DNA of 50,226 nucleotides, the filler included, from Catajapyx aquilonaris (Eukaryota), in NCBI GenBank assembly GCA_000934665.2. It is 3 parts of 3 records of this genome, joined end to end, with 100 filler letters (N's around TTAATTAATTAA, not from the genome) between each part and the next. Parts side by side here need not be neighbours in the genome. Positions count along the whole stretch, not along the records: positions 1 to 16,668 come from JYFJ02007135.1; 2 more parts are not named here. One strand, written 5' to 3'. The position numbers and the translations under genes were made by a program. The notes beneath the pieces were generated by a model. It did no database searches and was not told the DNA's origin. It was given only the letters and a program-made list of their open reading frames with translations. Positions 1 to 13,303 of this stretch are shown here, one piece after another (within the stretch, counting starts at the first letter, position 1; each line of letters begins with the position of its first letter).

Positions 1-529
1 CCCACTCCCTCTGCCTATATTGGTCTGGTCACCCTGCTGAGAATTTTAAATATGACCAATCAGGGTCCGGGTGGAGCCTCCCCCCTTGCAACTCTCCGAG
101 TTCATCTGGCCACTCCACACTGCGTCTCTGTCGAGACCATTTTGCCAACTACCATTCTATTTCCTTTCTACGCAGCTGTAAAGGTAAAATTTGTGAATGC
201 ATATTTTGGTTTTTCTTTGTTTCAAGGCGAAGGCGAAGGGACTCAGCCAGAGAAAACCGACATCCAGCACAACCATGTGCCATAGTAACGGAAATTAATG
301 TAAAAATGGCAATTTATTAACATTTTTTGTAATCATTGCGCCAAAATGATAAAATGAGCATTTTTTGCCATGAATGCCACGCATTTCCTCTTCAGCACTG
401 TTAGTCATCCCATTAGACAGTGTCTATTTAGATAACTCTGTTCATGGATCATTCTGGGACTGATTAGGGCAGATATTTGGCCCCATTGCGTACTTTCAAG
501 GCGCACATGCGTTCCTTCAAATGCAATTA

Positions 530-972
530 TTTTCCTTAAATCAAAAAAGTCCTCCTGAGATTTTTTTCTATGTCAGGGAAAGGGTCTGAGCTACAACATA
601 TTTAAAAATCGGACTTTTAAATTATGCGGATTTTTTTTTTTTTTTTAAATTTTGAAAATGGGACAAAATTTTCAAAAAAGTCAAAATACGAATTTTCAAT
701 CCTTAGTGAGATTGGGCTCTCGAATCTCTTCAAAGGGAGCGGTCTACGACGTCTGTAGCTCAATTGGTTCACGAGATATGACCGATTTCTGAAACCCTAC
801 CTTCCGAAAAGGACGTTTTTTTTCGGTGGGCCTATCTCCGGGGAGGGGGGGTAAATCTCAAAACCGCGCAAATGGTATTTTTGAAAGACGTAATTAAAGC
901 GATTCGCCGATTTTCGTCAAAATCTGACAACCCAAGGGTCAGGGGGCTCGGTGAATTGACATGGAATGACCC
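530..972. mobile_element. Possible end of a non-autonomous DNA transposon in the chitinase 1 intron
   Basis: Minus strand reads GGGTCATTCCATGTCAATTCACCGAG from 972, which looks like a TIR. The partner end is not in the window, so this is unconfirmed. Confidence 0.3.
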
Positions 973-1485
973 AAATAACATAGCGTACTGGGTACGGTAA
1001 TATGCACAAGTGTATATATATAGGAGCCTGCGAAACGCAATATCATACTGTTATATTGAATAAGACACTTCTTCGGTTCTCGACAGTGTTTGATCAAAAG
1101 ATTGGCAAGTGTTCCAAGAACTTGAGTCCGGAATTTTCCATAGAATATTAAGCGAATTGTTGGGGATACGTTTCATGTTTCCTGTGCTTTCATATATTAC
1201 TGCGACGGACGTTGCGAAACTTTTCCTGCGCAGGAAATCTCCGCTCCTGTCCAATATTGCTAAAAGAAAATCAAATTGCGACTATAGAAGTGCGGTGTCT
1301 ATTAAGGCTATTACTCGCGAGGTGGCATCTAAATGAGCGGATTGGATCTGACATCGTGTTTGCGTTGCGGGATGGGTTCAGTAGCCTTTGATATAATCAC
1401 ATTTTGAGGGGCGCAGGACGTCCGTCGTCGCCTCTTGGCGTTAAAAGAGCCCCAATTAATAAACCAGTGTTAATGACCGTTTTAC

Positions 1486-1830
1486 CCTTTCCGTAGTTGT
1501 CGTAGAGGTCGTTGTAGGGGTCCAGCGATGCAATTGTGTTTTCCCTGAGTCCGGCGAACCCATAGACCAGATGGGTGCAGACGTTGGGATCGATCTGCTC
1601 CACGTCGAACTTGCCCTTATCCGGCCTGTACACGGCCCAGCTGCCGTAGTAGCACACCAGCTTCTTCTTGGCTGGACGAACACAGAAGAACGCCATCATA
1701 TATAAGACCAAAGAAGGCAAAGGGAGGGGGAAACTTGGATGGGTGCTGTAAAGTACTCACGCTGAGTGGGCAGGCCCAAGACGGCGGCTGCCATCACTCC
1801 CAGAAGAAGAAAAGCCACAAGACCCTTCAT
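1486..1830 (-). CDS. GH18 chitinase paralog 1, 5' part only (exons 1830-1761 and 1671-1486); continues left, no further exon seen in 1-1485
   Basis: Exon 1 encodes a signal peptide MKGLVAFLLLGVMAAAVLGLPTQ and ends at GTGAGT. A CAG acceptor at 1674-1672 gives in-frame [41 protein letters not shown]...DLYDNYGKG, a typical arthropod GH18 N-terminus. The donor GTAAAA lies at the same position as in paralog 2. Confidence 0.9.
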
Positions 1831-2633
1831 GTTTTGTGAGACTGCTGTTGTTGAGAGACGGAAAACTCACTTTAGAGCTCGGTGGTCTTAATGCCAAATC
1901 AGAAAAAGAAACAAAATGCGAAGGCTGCTTGCTGCTGCGGGTCTTGGAAAATGTCACGGCTCAAGTTTGTGAAACAAGCATTTCGTGATGAGCACACTCT
2001 CACGATGGGGCCTTAAAATAATTTGAATTAAAAACAAGTTTTTGCGAAAGTTCTGCATGCTCATTGTACCAGTGGCAATTGCGTCGTAGACTGATAACAG
2101 TGACTTTTAATGTTAAACTGATATTAATAATCAGCAATGCAATTAATATTTTTAGCTCGTCCGTACAATCAAAAAAGAGTGCTTCAGACAATGTATATTC
2201 TCAGAAATGCTAAAATGTGCGTGATATTTTCCTTATAACCGACAGCAATTCCAATAATTGACGTGGACATGTGGGCTAAATTTTAAAACTATTTGAAGCA
2301 TTTGAAGCATTTGAAGTATTTAAAAAAATCGCAGCTTTGAGAGAATCATTAGTAAAATATTTTTAAAAACTCATTTACAAACAAATTGTATGTTATCATG
2401 TAACAAAAATCTATCAGAAAGTAGACCTGCTCATAAAATTTCATAGAGTTTGTTTTTACTTATATTAAAAATTAAATGCGTGTTACGAGACATAATAGTT
2501 CCGCTGACACCAGGGTTGGAATTGTATAGGTCAAATTTATACAGGTGTGGCGATTAAAAATCTGTTTTAAAGTGTCATTAGGTAAGGCAAGAGAAACCAA
2601 GTGATCGCTATAAAAGAGCAAGAGCCTATTTAC

Positions 2634-2695
2634 CTTTATGGGAAGCAGTGTTGTCAGGGGATGAGGCCTCCTTGCTTCCTCAGCGCACATTTATA
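2634..2695 (-). promoter_or_regulatory. Putative TATA promoter and short non-coding first exon of chitinase paralog 1
   Basis: Minus strand: TATAAA at 2695-2690, Inr-like TCA about 30 nt downstream (2664-2662), then AAAG|GTAAAT donor at 2634/2633. A pyrimidine-rich CAG acceptor precedes the ATG at 1830. Inferred from motif spacing only. Confidence 0.5.
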
Positions 2696-5600
2696 CCACC
2701 TATTATTATCAGATGATGAATAAGGGCGAAAAAAATAATAATAAATGTCACGGCTGGGCTTTGACAAAGCCTAATTGATTAGCCGCGGTTTCTCAATTCT
2801 GGAGATAAAAGTTATAGGTGACATGATAACGGATGGCATGATTTTCTCTCGTTTTTGCGTTTCGAGTATATATAAGGCTTGTTATCTTCGTGTCAAGATG
2901 CGATGCATTGTAGGCACGTCGCAATACCGTGTACGTTCTGTCCTCTATTGATAACGAAATTGTGCTGACCTGCATTACTTGAAACGTCCTTGAATTTTTC
3001 TGCATGTTTCTTGACAGTTAAAAATTAACAGTTGCTCTAAATTAATTAATAACTAGGCGCGTGAGTTATAATTAACAGTGAGTCAGCCTTCGCAATTGGC
3101 CATATCGCAAGGTCCACTTCCCTTCACTTTCACGTTAATTACTGTGCAATACAATTAAGTACTAAATGAGGATGGAACTATATACATCTCGCACATCGGA
3201 AGGGCACGTAGTTGATTGACCTGCCTTGCAGTTAACAATTTTTTGATTTAACCTGTGGTGCTACGAATTGTTTAAAAAACAAGCAGATTGCAGTGTGCAA
3301 TAACTGTCCAAATTGACTTATATTTTGACTGGATGCGACCGCAACAAAATCTGCGAGGCGGCCGGACAAGAAACATTGAGACATCGACCTTTGACAAGGA
3401 GGGACTGAAGTGGAGGAAAAGTGGCTGTAAAAAAGCGTTGCTCCTTTTGTCACTCCGCCGATCGTAAAACCAACAGATCAATGGTTTACAGCCCTTTGCT
3501 GGTGCCTGATGGAGCAACTTGCAATTTATACACCCATTTCCTCCCCCCCCCCCCCTCCTCCCATCCTTCCCACCCCTCTTCCTCCTTCCCATCGTAAAAT
3601 TCACTTTGGGGACCCAACTTGGCGATGATTTGATATCCGCCTTTCGGATGTCAGCATGGTGGCTGTGCGGATGGGGAGGACCTTCTGGGACCCATCTGTT
3701 TCCCTCAGAATCCAGTAATTGAATGATAACCTTGCCAGGTGCGTTTATTACTTCGATCCCGGTGTGCTGAGGTATTTCCATGAAGCCGGAGCCACTGGGG
3801 GTCTCATTTTATGCTCTATACACATATTGCTTCTGGTTCCCGCATATTTTACGATCAGTATAAGGCAAAGCAATATTGAGTGGATGGGTACTGATGTCAT
3901 CAAACTATCGTTTATTTATTAGAGTATGGCCAACAGTGACGTTTCCATTTCAGTCAGCTTATATTTCTCCTTAACTCTTTATTAGGAAGTACATTATCTG
4001 CTGTAGTTGCTAAAAGTAATCGCTGGTGAGTAATTGTAGGTTAATGCATTGGGGCACACTACTGCCCATAATGAGACAAAAATTAGGTTGACATTTATTA
4101 CACGAATGCTGGCTCTCGAGGCATGGAGTACAGTGGAGTGCGTACATGTTTTTTTTTTTTTTTTTGCAAGAACCTGCATATAATAACGTTCACCAGCAAA
4201 AAATCAATGTGCTGAGTCTGCCAGATGTGATATGTATCATACAGAGCCGAAAATATTATTATACAGTAGACTATATATTTATTTTTGTAAAACTGGGGCA
4301 CATTTTCTAAAGTGGTCTGCGGCATAGTTTGAGAACTCGATGCAGTACAGCACTTTGCCATCATTGCGACTGGACACTGTACCTTACTTGGAAGAATNGG
4401 GGGGGGGTCAGTAAAAAACTTTAAAATACTCCAATTGAAAGAAGAGCGTTCACCAATTTTTTTGTCATTTACATTTTGACATTACAGTCCTCAGTAGTGT
4501 GACCTTATTCAACGTGTGACGATAGGAAAGTGTCCGTTTCATTTTGTGACATAATAAATAAAGGGGGCACAGGAAAGAAAACGGGTCACTCAACATTATG
4601 ACCTTGGTAAATGTCTGTAGCTGCCCAGAGTGGATTTATTTTCTATTTAACGCCACAGGTATACCATACCATTTGTTTTAAAGGCATCCTTATACGCGGT
4701 ACACATTCTGTGTTGACAAAAGTGCTTTCGTGGCCGACACGAGAAGCTTTAACTTTGAGGGAACAAACACTATTAACTGTAACGCGAGGTGGGTTGTTTG
4801 CACAACTTACTCGGCAATAAGCCGGAAATGATCAACTCTCATTACTTACAACCACATGCCATCAGAATAATCTCCTCTTATAATCCGGAATGCAATCACA
4901 AGTGCCTTCTACTCAGCTTAATATCCTACGACTTTTTTTTTTCTTTCTTCTTAATCTTGACAAGTTAGTCGCTCCAGTCGCGAAAACAATGTTCGCGATG
5001 CGTTATTTAGGTTCTCGCACCAGACTGGAATGCAATCAATTAGGCTTCATAATCCCTTGACTTTACAGCAAGCGCTTTTATGACAGTAGCTAAGATAATG
5101 TGCGAGAAAAACAATTTGCAACAGTTACGGTACTGTACAACAGCAATGATGATGATGGTGATGGTGATGATGATGATGGTGATGTGGAGTGTATCGCAGG
5201 ACCATCATTACATTTAGGAAAATGTACTGTAACACCCTGTTCTACAGAAGAATCCAGAGAGATTAACATATATTTATTTTGCCCTTTTTTTTTTACAGGG
5301 TGATGACTGGACTGAACTGCGTCCGCTGAGCGTCTCAAGATTTTCTGGAAATCCCATATCCGCAGAGGTAGGAAAAATTGAAAAATACCTATGAAAATAA
5401 GGACGGTTTGCATGATCAGACCTTCATTGTTGAGATCTCAACAATTAATATTATTGTGCAGCGTCGGTAATTTAATTGAGCTTAATTAATGCAACGAATT
5501 TCAAAGTATTTTGATGGGGGTGGTAACTTTTGCCCCCTGCTGCTCGTAATTTCCAGGCAGTATAGTTTATAAGATGCTTCCAGAACAGGCTGTGAGAGAC

Positions 5601-5796
5601 TCGCTCTCGCCGGAAACTTGTGTGCAAATCTCCGGGAGGGCCTCCGGAATTCGCAAGTTTTTGAGCGTCGACAAGATTAAGCTACAATAAGGAAGTTTCG
5701 CCTCTTCAATTCACTTGATTAAAAAACGGTTGCGGTTTTAATGGAAGGAAGGATCGGGATGGATTAACACCAGATTCATATTATGTTGTTAGCACG

Positions 5797-5802
5797 TTTA
5801 TT
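5797..5802 (-). terminator. Polyadenylation signal of chitinase paralog 2
   Basis: AATAAA on the minus strand about 40 nt after the stop codon. Confidence 0.6.
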
Positions 5803-5839
5803 TACGCAGACGAATATTTACAGATTAAAAAAAAAAAAA

Positions 5840-8770
5840 TTAAATTGAGCCGGGTGTTGGTTCACATCCTGGCACGTTTTGTGGCCAGTCGCAGGAGTCG
5901 TTGGCAGGGTTGAAGACGGTGCCCGTGCCGCACTTGTACGGGATGATCTGCCACTTGTCACCGTTGGGGATGCAGTCGTAGTACTTCTGGCAGTCGTCGG
6001 GGTCCCTCACGAACCCGGCCTTCTTGCAGATGCCGTGGGGAGGGGGTGGAGCAACCGTGGTAGTGGTGGTGCCTTCCGTCGTCTGATATTTAAGAGAAAA
6101 AAAAAACATCAATGAGATTGTCACGTTCCAAGAGTTGAGAGATTTGAGCCTCGGTCGCACGACCAGACGCTTTGCGACCGACTAAATTTTTGGTCGGTCG
6201 CAGACCGAGGCTCATATCACAAGGGGGTAAACGTGTTTTGAATAACCCTTTGGATATACTGACCGTGGCAGTGGGGTCGAGCGTGGTGGGAGGCGGGTAG
6301 GGTGGATGGGTGACAATCCCGTGGCTGTTGTCGAGGGCCTTCCTCATGGCAACCAGCAGAGGGAACTGGCCGTCTCCGCAGAACCCTGTGAAGTCGTCAG
6401 TCTCGATGGACCACACCATACCGCCGGCCAGTCCCATCTCGTTCGCAAACGTGGACTGAAATGGCGGGACAGAAGTTTCTCCTTATAGATCACAGCAGGC
6501 CAGCCTATATAGTTCAGAGAGCCCGATTACCGCACCTTGATGGTGAGAGACTGGACGTCGTCGTAGCTGATCCAGTCCCTCCCCTTGTAGGCGTAAGGCA
6601 CCTGGTAGTAGTCCTCCCTATCTACCTGCCATCCTGGGTTGTTCTTGAACTCCTCGCAAACCTGCAATGGTATATATTACGTTGGAATGAAGAAGGGCTA
6701 AACGACTAGATGGATTTTTAAAATGAGCGCAACCGAGTCCGCAACACAGTTCGCGCAAATTGTTTCCAACACTATATGCTTGAGGGGGTAACAATATGGC
6801 CGGCTATTGCGACGTTGCCAAGGCTCTGGGACGAACTTTAGGGGCTAGAGAGGCTCAAGAGACTTCTGACTTCACGTCGTCTCTGATTGCCTGGGGTAAT
6901 TATGGACTGTTTGCGTGTCCCATGGAGGCCGCCATCTTGCGTTGCTACTATGGCAAAAGTGGCCGGCTCTGACGTCCCGGCCGACTCCGATTGGATGCAG
7001 CCAGACATGGGGTTGGTTATTTTACTGACCTCATTGTAACCCCAGGTTCCGGCCTGGCGAGTGTAGGGCCCTGCTCGGATGGGCTGTGGTCCGGGATCGT
7101 GGTAGCCGTGCTTGTTCTGGTCAGCGAGGGTGAAGCCGCGTCCGTACGATGCCATACCGAGCACCATCTTCTCTGGTGGAGCTCCCAGGGAGATCCAGTA
7201 GTTGATGCTGTAGTTCACGTTGAAGTACAGGTCGTTATCGACGTCTCCTGGGCGGGGGAACATGGGCGTGTTGGGTCCGGTTATGGTCTCCCAGGCTCCG
7301 TGGTAGTCGTAGGCCATCACGTTGAAGATGTCCAGGTACCTGAGGGAAATATTAGGATATTGGAAACATGTAGGATTCGAATGTAGTTGGACCTCCGCTG
7401 GGAGTAAATATGTGACTCACTTGGCCATATTGGGGACGTCGTAGGCTGGGTCCATGGTGCCCTTACCGGCGGAGAGGGCGGCGGACAGGAGGTAGCCCTT
7501 GGTGTCAAAAGCGGCCCTCAGGTCCTTCAGCAATTCGATGTAGTTGGCCTGCAAGAAGCATGGGGGTTAGTGCCGGTACACCAGTGTTATTCTGGTGTTA
7601 ACTGGCTCACCTTGTCTTCGGGCTTCCCGCCTCTCTGAGTCGGGTACTCCCAGTCCACGTCCAGACCGTCGAATCCGAATTGTGGAAGGAATGCCATCAC
7701 GCTGTCCACGAAGGTTTTGCGGGTTGCAGCGTTGGATGACATCTGGAAAGCAACGGTCCATGACGGTCTTCGTGCGAACACTACGATATTAATTTTTTAT
7801 GTGGGCAGTGAAATGGGCATAGCAAATTTTTTGCTACAAGAGAAGTAACATTGGCACCCATGATGGAAGCAGATTTTAGCTTTCAAGTGAACAGTCCTCC
7901 AAGATCGAAATTCAGTGAAACTTATGCGACTTCATCTCGCTGTCCGAATATTTGGGATAAAATTTTCTCAGTAGGTTGAAAGCCACTTATAAAAGTTAGA
8001 CACTCCCTGCGAATTCCGCCCCCAGAAACTTCCTTCGTCATGATGATGGATCAAAGTTGCTCCAACTAATATTTTGACGTCTAATTTGGAGCCTTCTACG
8101 TATAATGGAACAGGGAAAGACTGGCAGAGTGTTCTGCTAAAGGCCCGCTCGTGTAACTTACATCCGAATACTTGGGCGACCCCTCGTTCCATCCTCCGAT
8201 ACCCAGGATGGTCTTCAGCTCAGGGTTCTTTTCCTTCAGCTTGCAGAAGCGCTTGTAGGCGCCTACAAATTTGGGAGAAAAATTAATTTGCGCGATTGAT
8301 TTTTTTGGTGCTCTAGATAGTAATAGTTGGTTCAGGGTTATTATTTCAAGCGTTTGAAAATTATTAAAAAGTTAATGAAAAGTATAATGGCGTCCGTTTA
8401 CGAACATTTCCCGTAGTTGTCGCAGAGATCGTTCCAGGGGTCTAGAGCGGCTATTTGATTCTCCCTGAGCCCTGCGAACCCGTAGATGAGATGCGTGCAG
8501 ACGTGTGGGTCGATCTGCTCGACGTCAAACTTTCCATTTCCGGGCCGGTACACCGCCCAGCTGCCGTAGTAGCACACGATGATCTTCTTCCCCGCTGAGA
8601 ACCAAACACCCCAACCGCAATTTAAAGACAGGAAAAGAAAAGATATTTTTGTGTGTCTGCGGGGGAGGCTTATATATACACCGAATAACGATCCTACCTT
8701 CAGTCTTGCGTGGGAGGGCCACCGAACAGGCGACGACGGTCGCCAGAAGGATCAAAGCAATCGCCTTCAT
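5840..8770 (-). CDS. GH18 chitinase paralog 2, complete, 497 aa: signal peptide, GH18 catalytic domain, Pro/Thr linker, CBM14 (peritrophin-A) chitin-binding domain
   Basis: Nine GT-AG exons: 8770-8698, 8594-8406, 8262-8162, 7742-7611, 7548-7421, 7339-7030, 6661-6536, 6455-6264, 6082-5840. They total 1494 nt and the frame stays open to TAA. Motifs seen: [20 protein letters not shown], catalytic [30 protein letters not shown] and a six-Cys CBM14. Confidence 0.95.
6145..6214. repeat. Compact inverted repeat/hairpin in the last intron of chitinase 2
   Basis: tgagcctcggtc (6145-6156) pairs with gaccgaggctca (6203-6214), enclosing an inner stem tgcgaccgactaaa / ttttggtcggtcgca. Confidence 0.7.
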
Positions 8771-9184
8771 GGTGCTGGGTGTCGTGCTGCCGAGAGAATA
8801 AGGATTATGTGGAATGTGAGAGACTCTGACCAAAAAAAAAGGCCCCTCTCGAAATTATCGGGCAGAGTGGTTCCCCCCCACTCTCACAGCCCACTTGAAA
8901 ATTGCAGCCGGATACTCTTCATTTTCAGTCGGGGGTCATTTACACAGCCACCAGGAATCTGTGCCCAAGCACAACATTGCCAACCCAAGGTGGGAAAATG
9001 GCTGTGTAAATGATGACATCACAAAGCCAAATTCTTGCAAGATTTAATGAAAATAATTTCAATTAGGTATGGGAGGAAGAGCTACCGGTACTTTAAGAAT
9101 TAATTGAATGAGACTAATTTTATGGCAAATGTGAAGAATATAGTCTAAATAATTTTTGGAGGGCGTTGCTTGCGTGCGCTTTAC

Positions 9185-9231
9185 CTGGTTGCCACCTAGT
9201 CCCCAACGTTTTGGACCGACAAGGCTTTATA
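9185..9231 (-). promoter_or_regulatory. Putative TATA promoter and tiny non-coding exon of chitinase paralog 2
   Basis: Minus-strand TATAAA at 9231-9226, followed about 45 nt later by CCAG|GTAAAG. An acceptor ttctctcggcag at about 8787 lies just before the ATG. Same layout as paralog 1. Confidence 0.4.
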
Positions 9232-12200
9232 CCCTTTGATAAGGCGATAAGGAAACCAGCGATTAACTGTCGTGATATTGATGGCTTGTACTACTTTGAC
9301 ATTTTTAAAAGTGCAAATGTTGCACCTTGTGCAAAAACAGGTTATCAACTTCACATTTTTGGATATTCTTTTTTGGTATGACCCAGATTTCTTTCTGGGT
9401 CATATACGGTCAGTGATGTCGGGTATTGGGAGGTATTATCCTCACGACGACGCGCCGGAGCTGTCGGATTGTAAGCCATGGGGATACTCGTGTTTATTTC
9501 GAGCAATCCAGGTTGAGTGGCATGCCCTGTTCCTCATCACGAATTTTTATCAGGCGCACTGTCGTTATGTGCATAGCGTCCGATTTAATAATTACACCGC
9601 CGAGTATTCTCAATAGCCATGGTCTGACCAGACATGTCAGCATCCATAATATGATAGTGGATAGTGGCTTGGAGTCAGGAGGATAGAGGAAGAATATTGG
9701 TTTAATTTTGATTGTATAGAAGAACGTTTAGTTAGAATATATTGTTGTAATCATTTACGTAAATTCGGAGTTCATGGGCTGCAGGGCCTTCACAGGCCCC
9801 GTGACAGGCCTTGGCTGCATCCATATATGACATCCTAGATGTTGATTAGAACTTCCCTCAAACTGGAGACTTCAATACGGGCAGTTGACTATATACCTTG
9901 TGCTTACTATACTATAATTGCAAATTTGGGATAGGCATCTGTAAAATGACTGACATTTTAAGATTTCGCAATTCGATATTGTTTTGAAATCCACATAGCT
10001 TCGAAGTGTACGTCGGATAAGAGAAGATGGGGGTGCGACCTGTCATTATATATGCCAGATCTGGCCTCGATGAGTGGCAGGCTCAAGTGCTTGGCACGGT
10101 TTTTTAAACCCGTAATCTTTTGGGGGTGACACAACAATTTTCTGGTTGGAAACTGCAGGCCTGACCTGGCGCCAATCGATCTTCAAGAGAGTAAACAAGA
10201 TGACCTTTATTTCCCTTTCTGTTGATCCCAAACCAGATATTCAATGGGTGATAAGATGGGAAGGGATTAGAACTTATATAGATGCTGGGTTTATTGAGTG
10301 AGGATTCATCAAATGTTGGCAGGCCCTGATATTGCGACTGAACAACAAGAAAAACAACATCATAGATTATATGTTGGGCTGTAATAATTATACTGAGCAC
10401 GGTACTGTAAGACGCAATTGTTGTTGGAATGCGAGACGTCTTCTTCCTCAAGGCACTGCACGTATACCGTATGAGGATTAACATGAAACGTGGTGGTAAA
10501 TATTGAATTATCTGACGTATCAGAGTGCACATCCAGGAAAATCTGAACATTTTATGAGATTAGCGACACCAGCTGCAGAGTTGAGCAGGCTACATAATAA
10601 CTTATAAGCGGATTTCTTTAAAGCTGAGGGGTGGAGCACAGTGACCTGTGCATGTTGCAACTTCTGTAGATTTTTACGATGATTTCAACTATTTGCACAT
10701 TGACCTACTTGTTGCGAAGATTAATATTTTTGTGATAATATCGCTCAATTTGAATGTCCTCTTGACCTCCTCGGCTCGTCCTGATGCAGCACGTCTATAA
10801 AGTGGTCCCGTCGCAATCAGCCAGAGTATTACTCGTCTTGATTACATATCAGCAATGTGCCCAGACTATTGACTCCTCATTGGCCTGCCCCCATCTTCCC
10901 ACTCACCCAGATGATTTTATCCTTGATATTTTGAGAGCATCTTCACAGAGATTTTTGACAAACAACAACTGATCTAGATTGGAAGGGAATTGAAGACCTT
11001 GAGGGTGGGAAAAAACGGCGTAGTTTCACCACACATTTTAATCACCGGTTTTCCTGGCTGGTTAATGAGTGTCAACATGCCTCTCTATAGATTGAAGTTG
11101 GGAAGGTCCCTTGTGGAGCTTTTCACTGGGTGCTGTGGCGTATTAATCGTCACCCTTGCACACTCGGATGTTGAATTTCCTCGACGTAGTTAGTCATTAC
11201 TGGAGCGTAAGCTGATATGCCCTTGGCAGGAAAATGTTGTTTTTTCCTCCCATCCCCCCTCCCATCCCCCTTAGGTCCGGATTTTGCGTAAAACGCAAGC
11301 GACAACAGGCCAACTGTGAATATATCCGAAACCCGCATGTTTGCCAGCACATTCGTTGACAGGGTTACGCAACTGGTGTTAAAGTATAAGCCGCTCAGAA
11401 AAAAGCTGATGAGCACTAGAAGAATCTCAGGCATATCACTGCATGTCCCCCCAAAAAATTGATGGTCCCATCATGCAATAATGTGTCAACCCACGGAAAT
11501 GTCGAAACTGAGTTAAGCCCAGGAACATAATATTTATACATACCCATTCAGTTAAAATCAATCGGGCGAAATCTGCATACCTCTGTGTCATATAAATGAC
11601 CGAAAAGGTACACTGAATTAATTTCACTATGTGACATTCAAAGCCCTTTTTTTCAAAACTGTCAGTCTCGTGTGGGTTGACTCATTATTGCATGACACCG
11701 TCTAAATAATAGTTCTGCATATAAATTATTTTTAGTCCTCCTTCTTTGCAGATGAGTTTTTCGAAGGAGCGTATATGCCTTTCCAGGTCGAAAAATGGGA
11801 GGATCGTGATAATGAAAGTGGTCCCATTTTGAAGCTCCGTGCACTATTGGGTGCCCTGAATCGCCCGTTCTTTTGTGCACGGGGTGCCTTTTGTGACGTG
11901 CCATAATTCCCTCTTTTTTCTCCATAAAATTTGGAGCACACTAATGAAAGCCCACTGAAAAGGGCCTTTGGATTCCGCCTGGGTGTAAACTGGAGTTATG
12001 CTGCTTCAAAGTCCGACCTTCTTTCGACTGTAAATGGGGGGCACACGAGTGTGAATTCTATGATGTTTACATGCACTTCCACGTGTACTACATTACGGGT
12101 TTTTAAAAAAATCTGAATAGGCATGCATCTTCTCAGAGGATTTTGCAGAATTTTGCAATTTAAAATCCGTGTTGGTGGGGCAAGTGGAGCTGGTCAGATG

Positions 12201-12325
12201 TGAAGTAATGTAGCAGCTGAAGTCTCAAAGTGAACATATAATTATATAACATCTATATACTGGTGTATTAAAGTACTTTATTATCTGTACATATAAAGAG
12301 GGGTTGGGGGGGGGGGGGNNGGTGC

Positions 12326-12514
12326 TTAGCATCCAGGGACTTGGTCGTGTGGTTTGCACGAGGTGGTTGAAGGGTCGAATGCCATTCCGGATCCGCAGTC
12401 GTAATCTATCTTCTGGAATCCGGAGCCGTCCGGGATGCATTCGAAGTACTTTTCGCAATTGTTGGGGTCCCTGAAGAATCCGGACTTGGTGCACACTGCG
12501 GGAGGCTGGGTGGT
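12326..12514 (-). CDS. Second (distal) terminal exon encoding a CBM14 domain, probably an alternative last exon of chitinase paralog 3
   Basis: Phase-0 acceptor ctctcgttccag, then TTQPPAVCTKSGFFRDPNNCEKYFECIPDGSGFQKIDYDCGSGMAFDPSTTSCKPHDQVPGC-stop with all six Cys. It has its own AATAAA at 12282-12277. Confidence 0.8.
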   Translation of the reverse strand, partial: TTQPPAVCTKSGFFRDPNNCEKYFECIPDGSGFQKIDYDCGSGMAFDPSTTSCKPHDQVPGC

Positions 12515-13303
12515 CTGGAACGAGAGACGTTGCAACACTGATCTTTTCCATTGAGAATCTTCCTTGGGGAGAGGGACGAGGAGGTGGCCAAAAAAGAGGG
12601 ATTGATTTGGGTGATTCGAGCGACTATTGGTTCAAGTGGAGGTCATTCCAAGTGGTATCGGATGGAGAGAAAAAAAAAGTTTAAGGGGGGATCATACTCT
12701 GGAAAAATAGGACATATCTAGGGGGATGCTAGATTTTTCTTAAAAAATTTCTGTTTGATTTGGGGGATCTGAATTGGCACAACATGTCAACAATCACGTG
12801 TACAAATAATAGTACATTTTACATCCCGAGAGTCCAGGTGGCGACATTGCAAATGGCATCAACTTTGTTCATTTAAAATTTTAATGGAGTTTCCATCAGT
12901 GTTGGCCTGCCTGAATTATTAATGATGAGTTTCGGAAGCTTACAGTAATAATATGCAGAGTTCAAACAACCGGGGTTGAATAATTTACCAGCATTTATAG
13001 TGCATTTTTTAATGCCATATTTTTTTCAGTTTGGTCTCCATGCTGTGAAAAAATTTAATACTGACCTTTTGTTCGGTTTTATAGCACGAGATCTGTTACA
13101 TACTCGACAGCAGCAAATAAACCAATTCAATCTGAATGGCTGTGACCAAGTAAAGTAAGGTAATTCGTCGCACCTGCTAAATACAGTTTCCGTAAAATAC
13201 TGTATTATTATTTTATTAAAATAGATCTAATCCAAGCAATGGACACCTCCTTTCGAGCCTTACAGGTCAAATTAAAGTATATGTATCTCAAGTACAATTT
13301 ATG

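Noticed and set aside
5090..5413. Possible extra terminal exon of chitinase 2
   Set aside because: Only a (GAT)n low-complexity tract; no CBM14 cysteine pattern.
5879..7792. Plus-strand ORFs over chitinase 2
   Set aside because: Antisense shadows of the chitinase exons.
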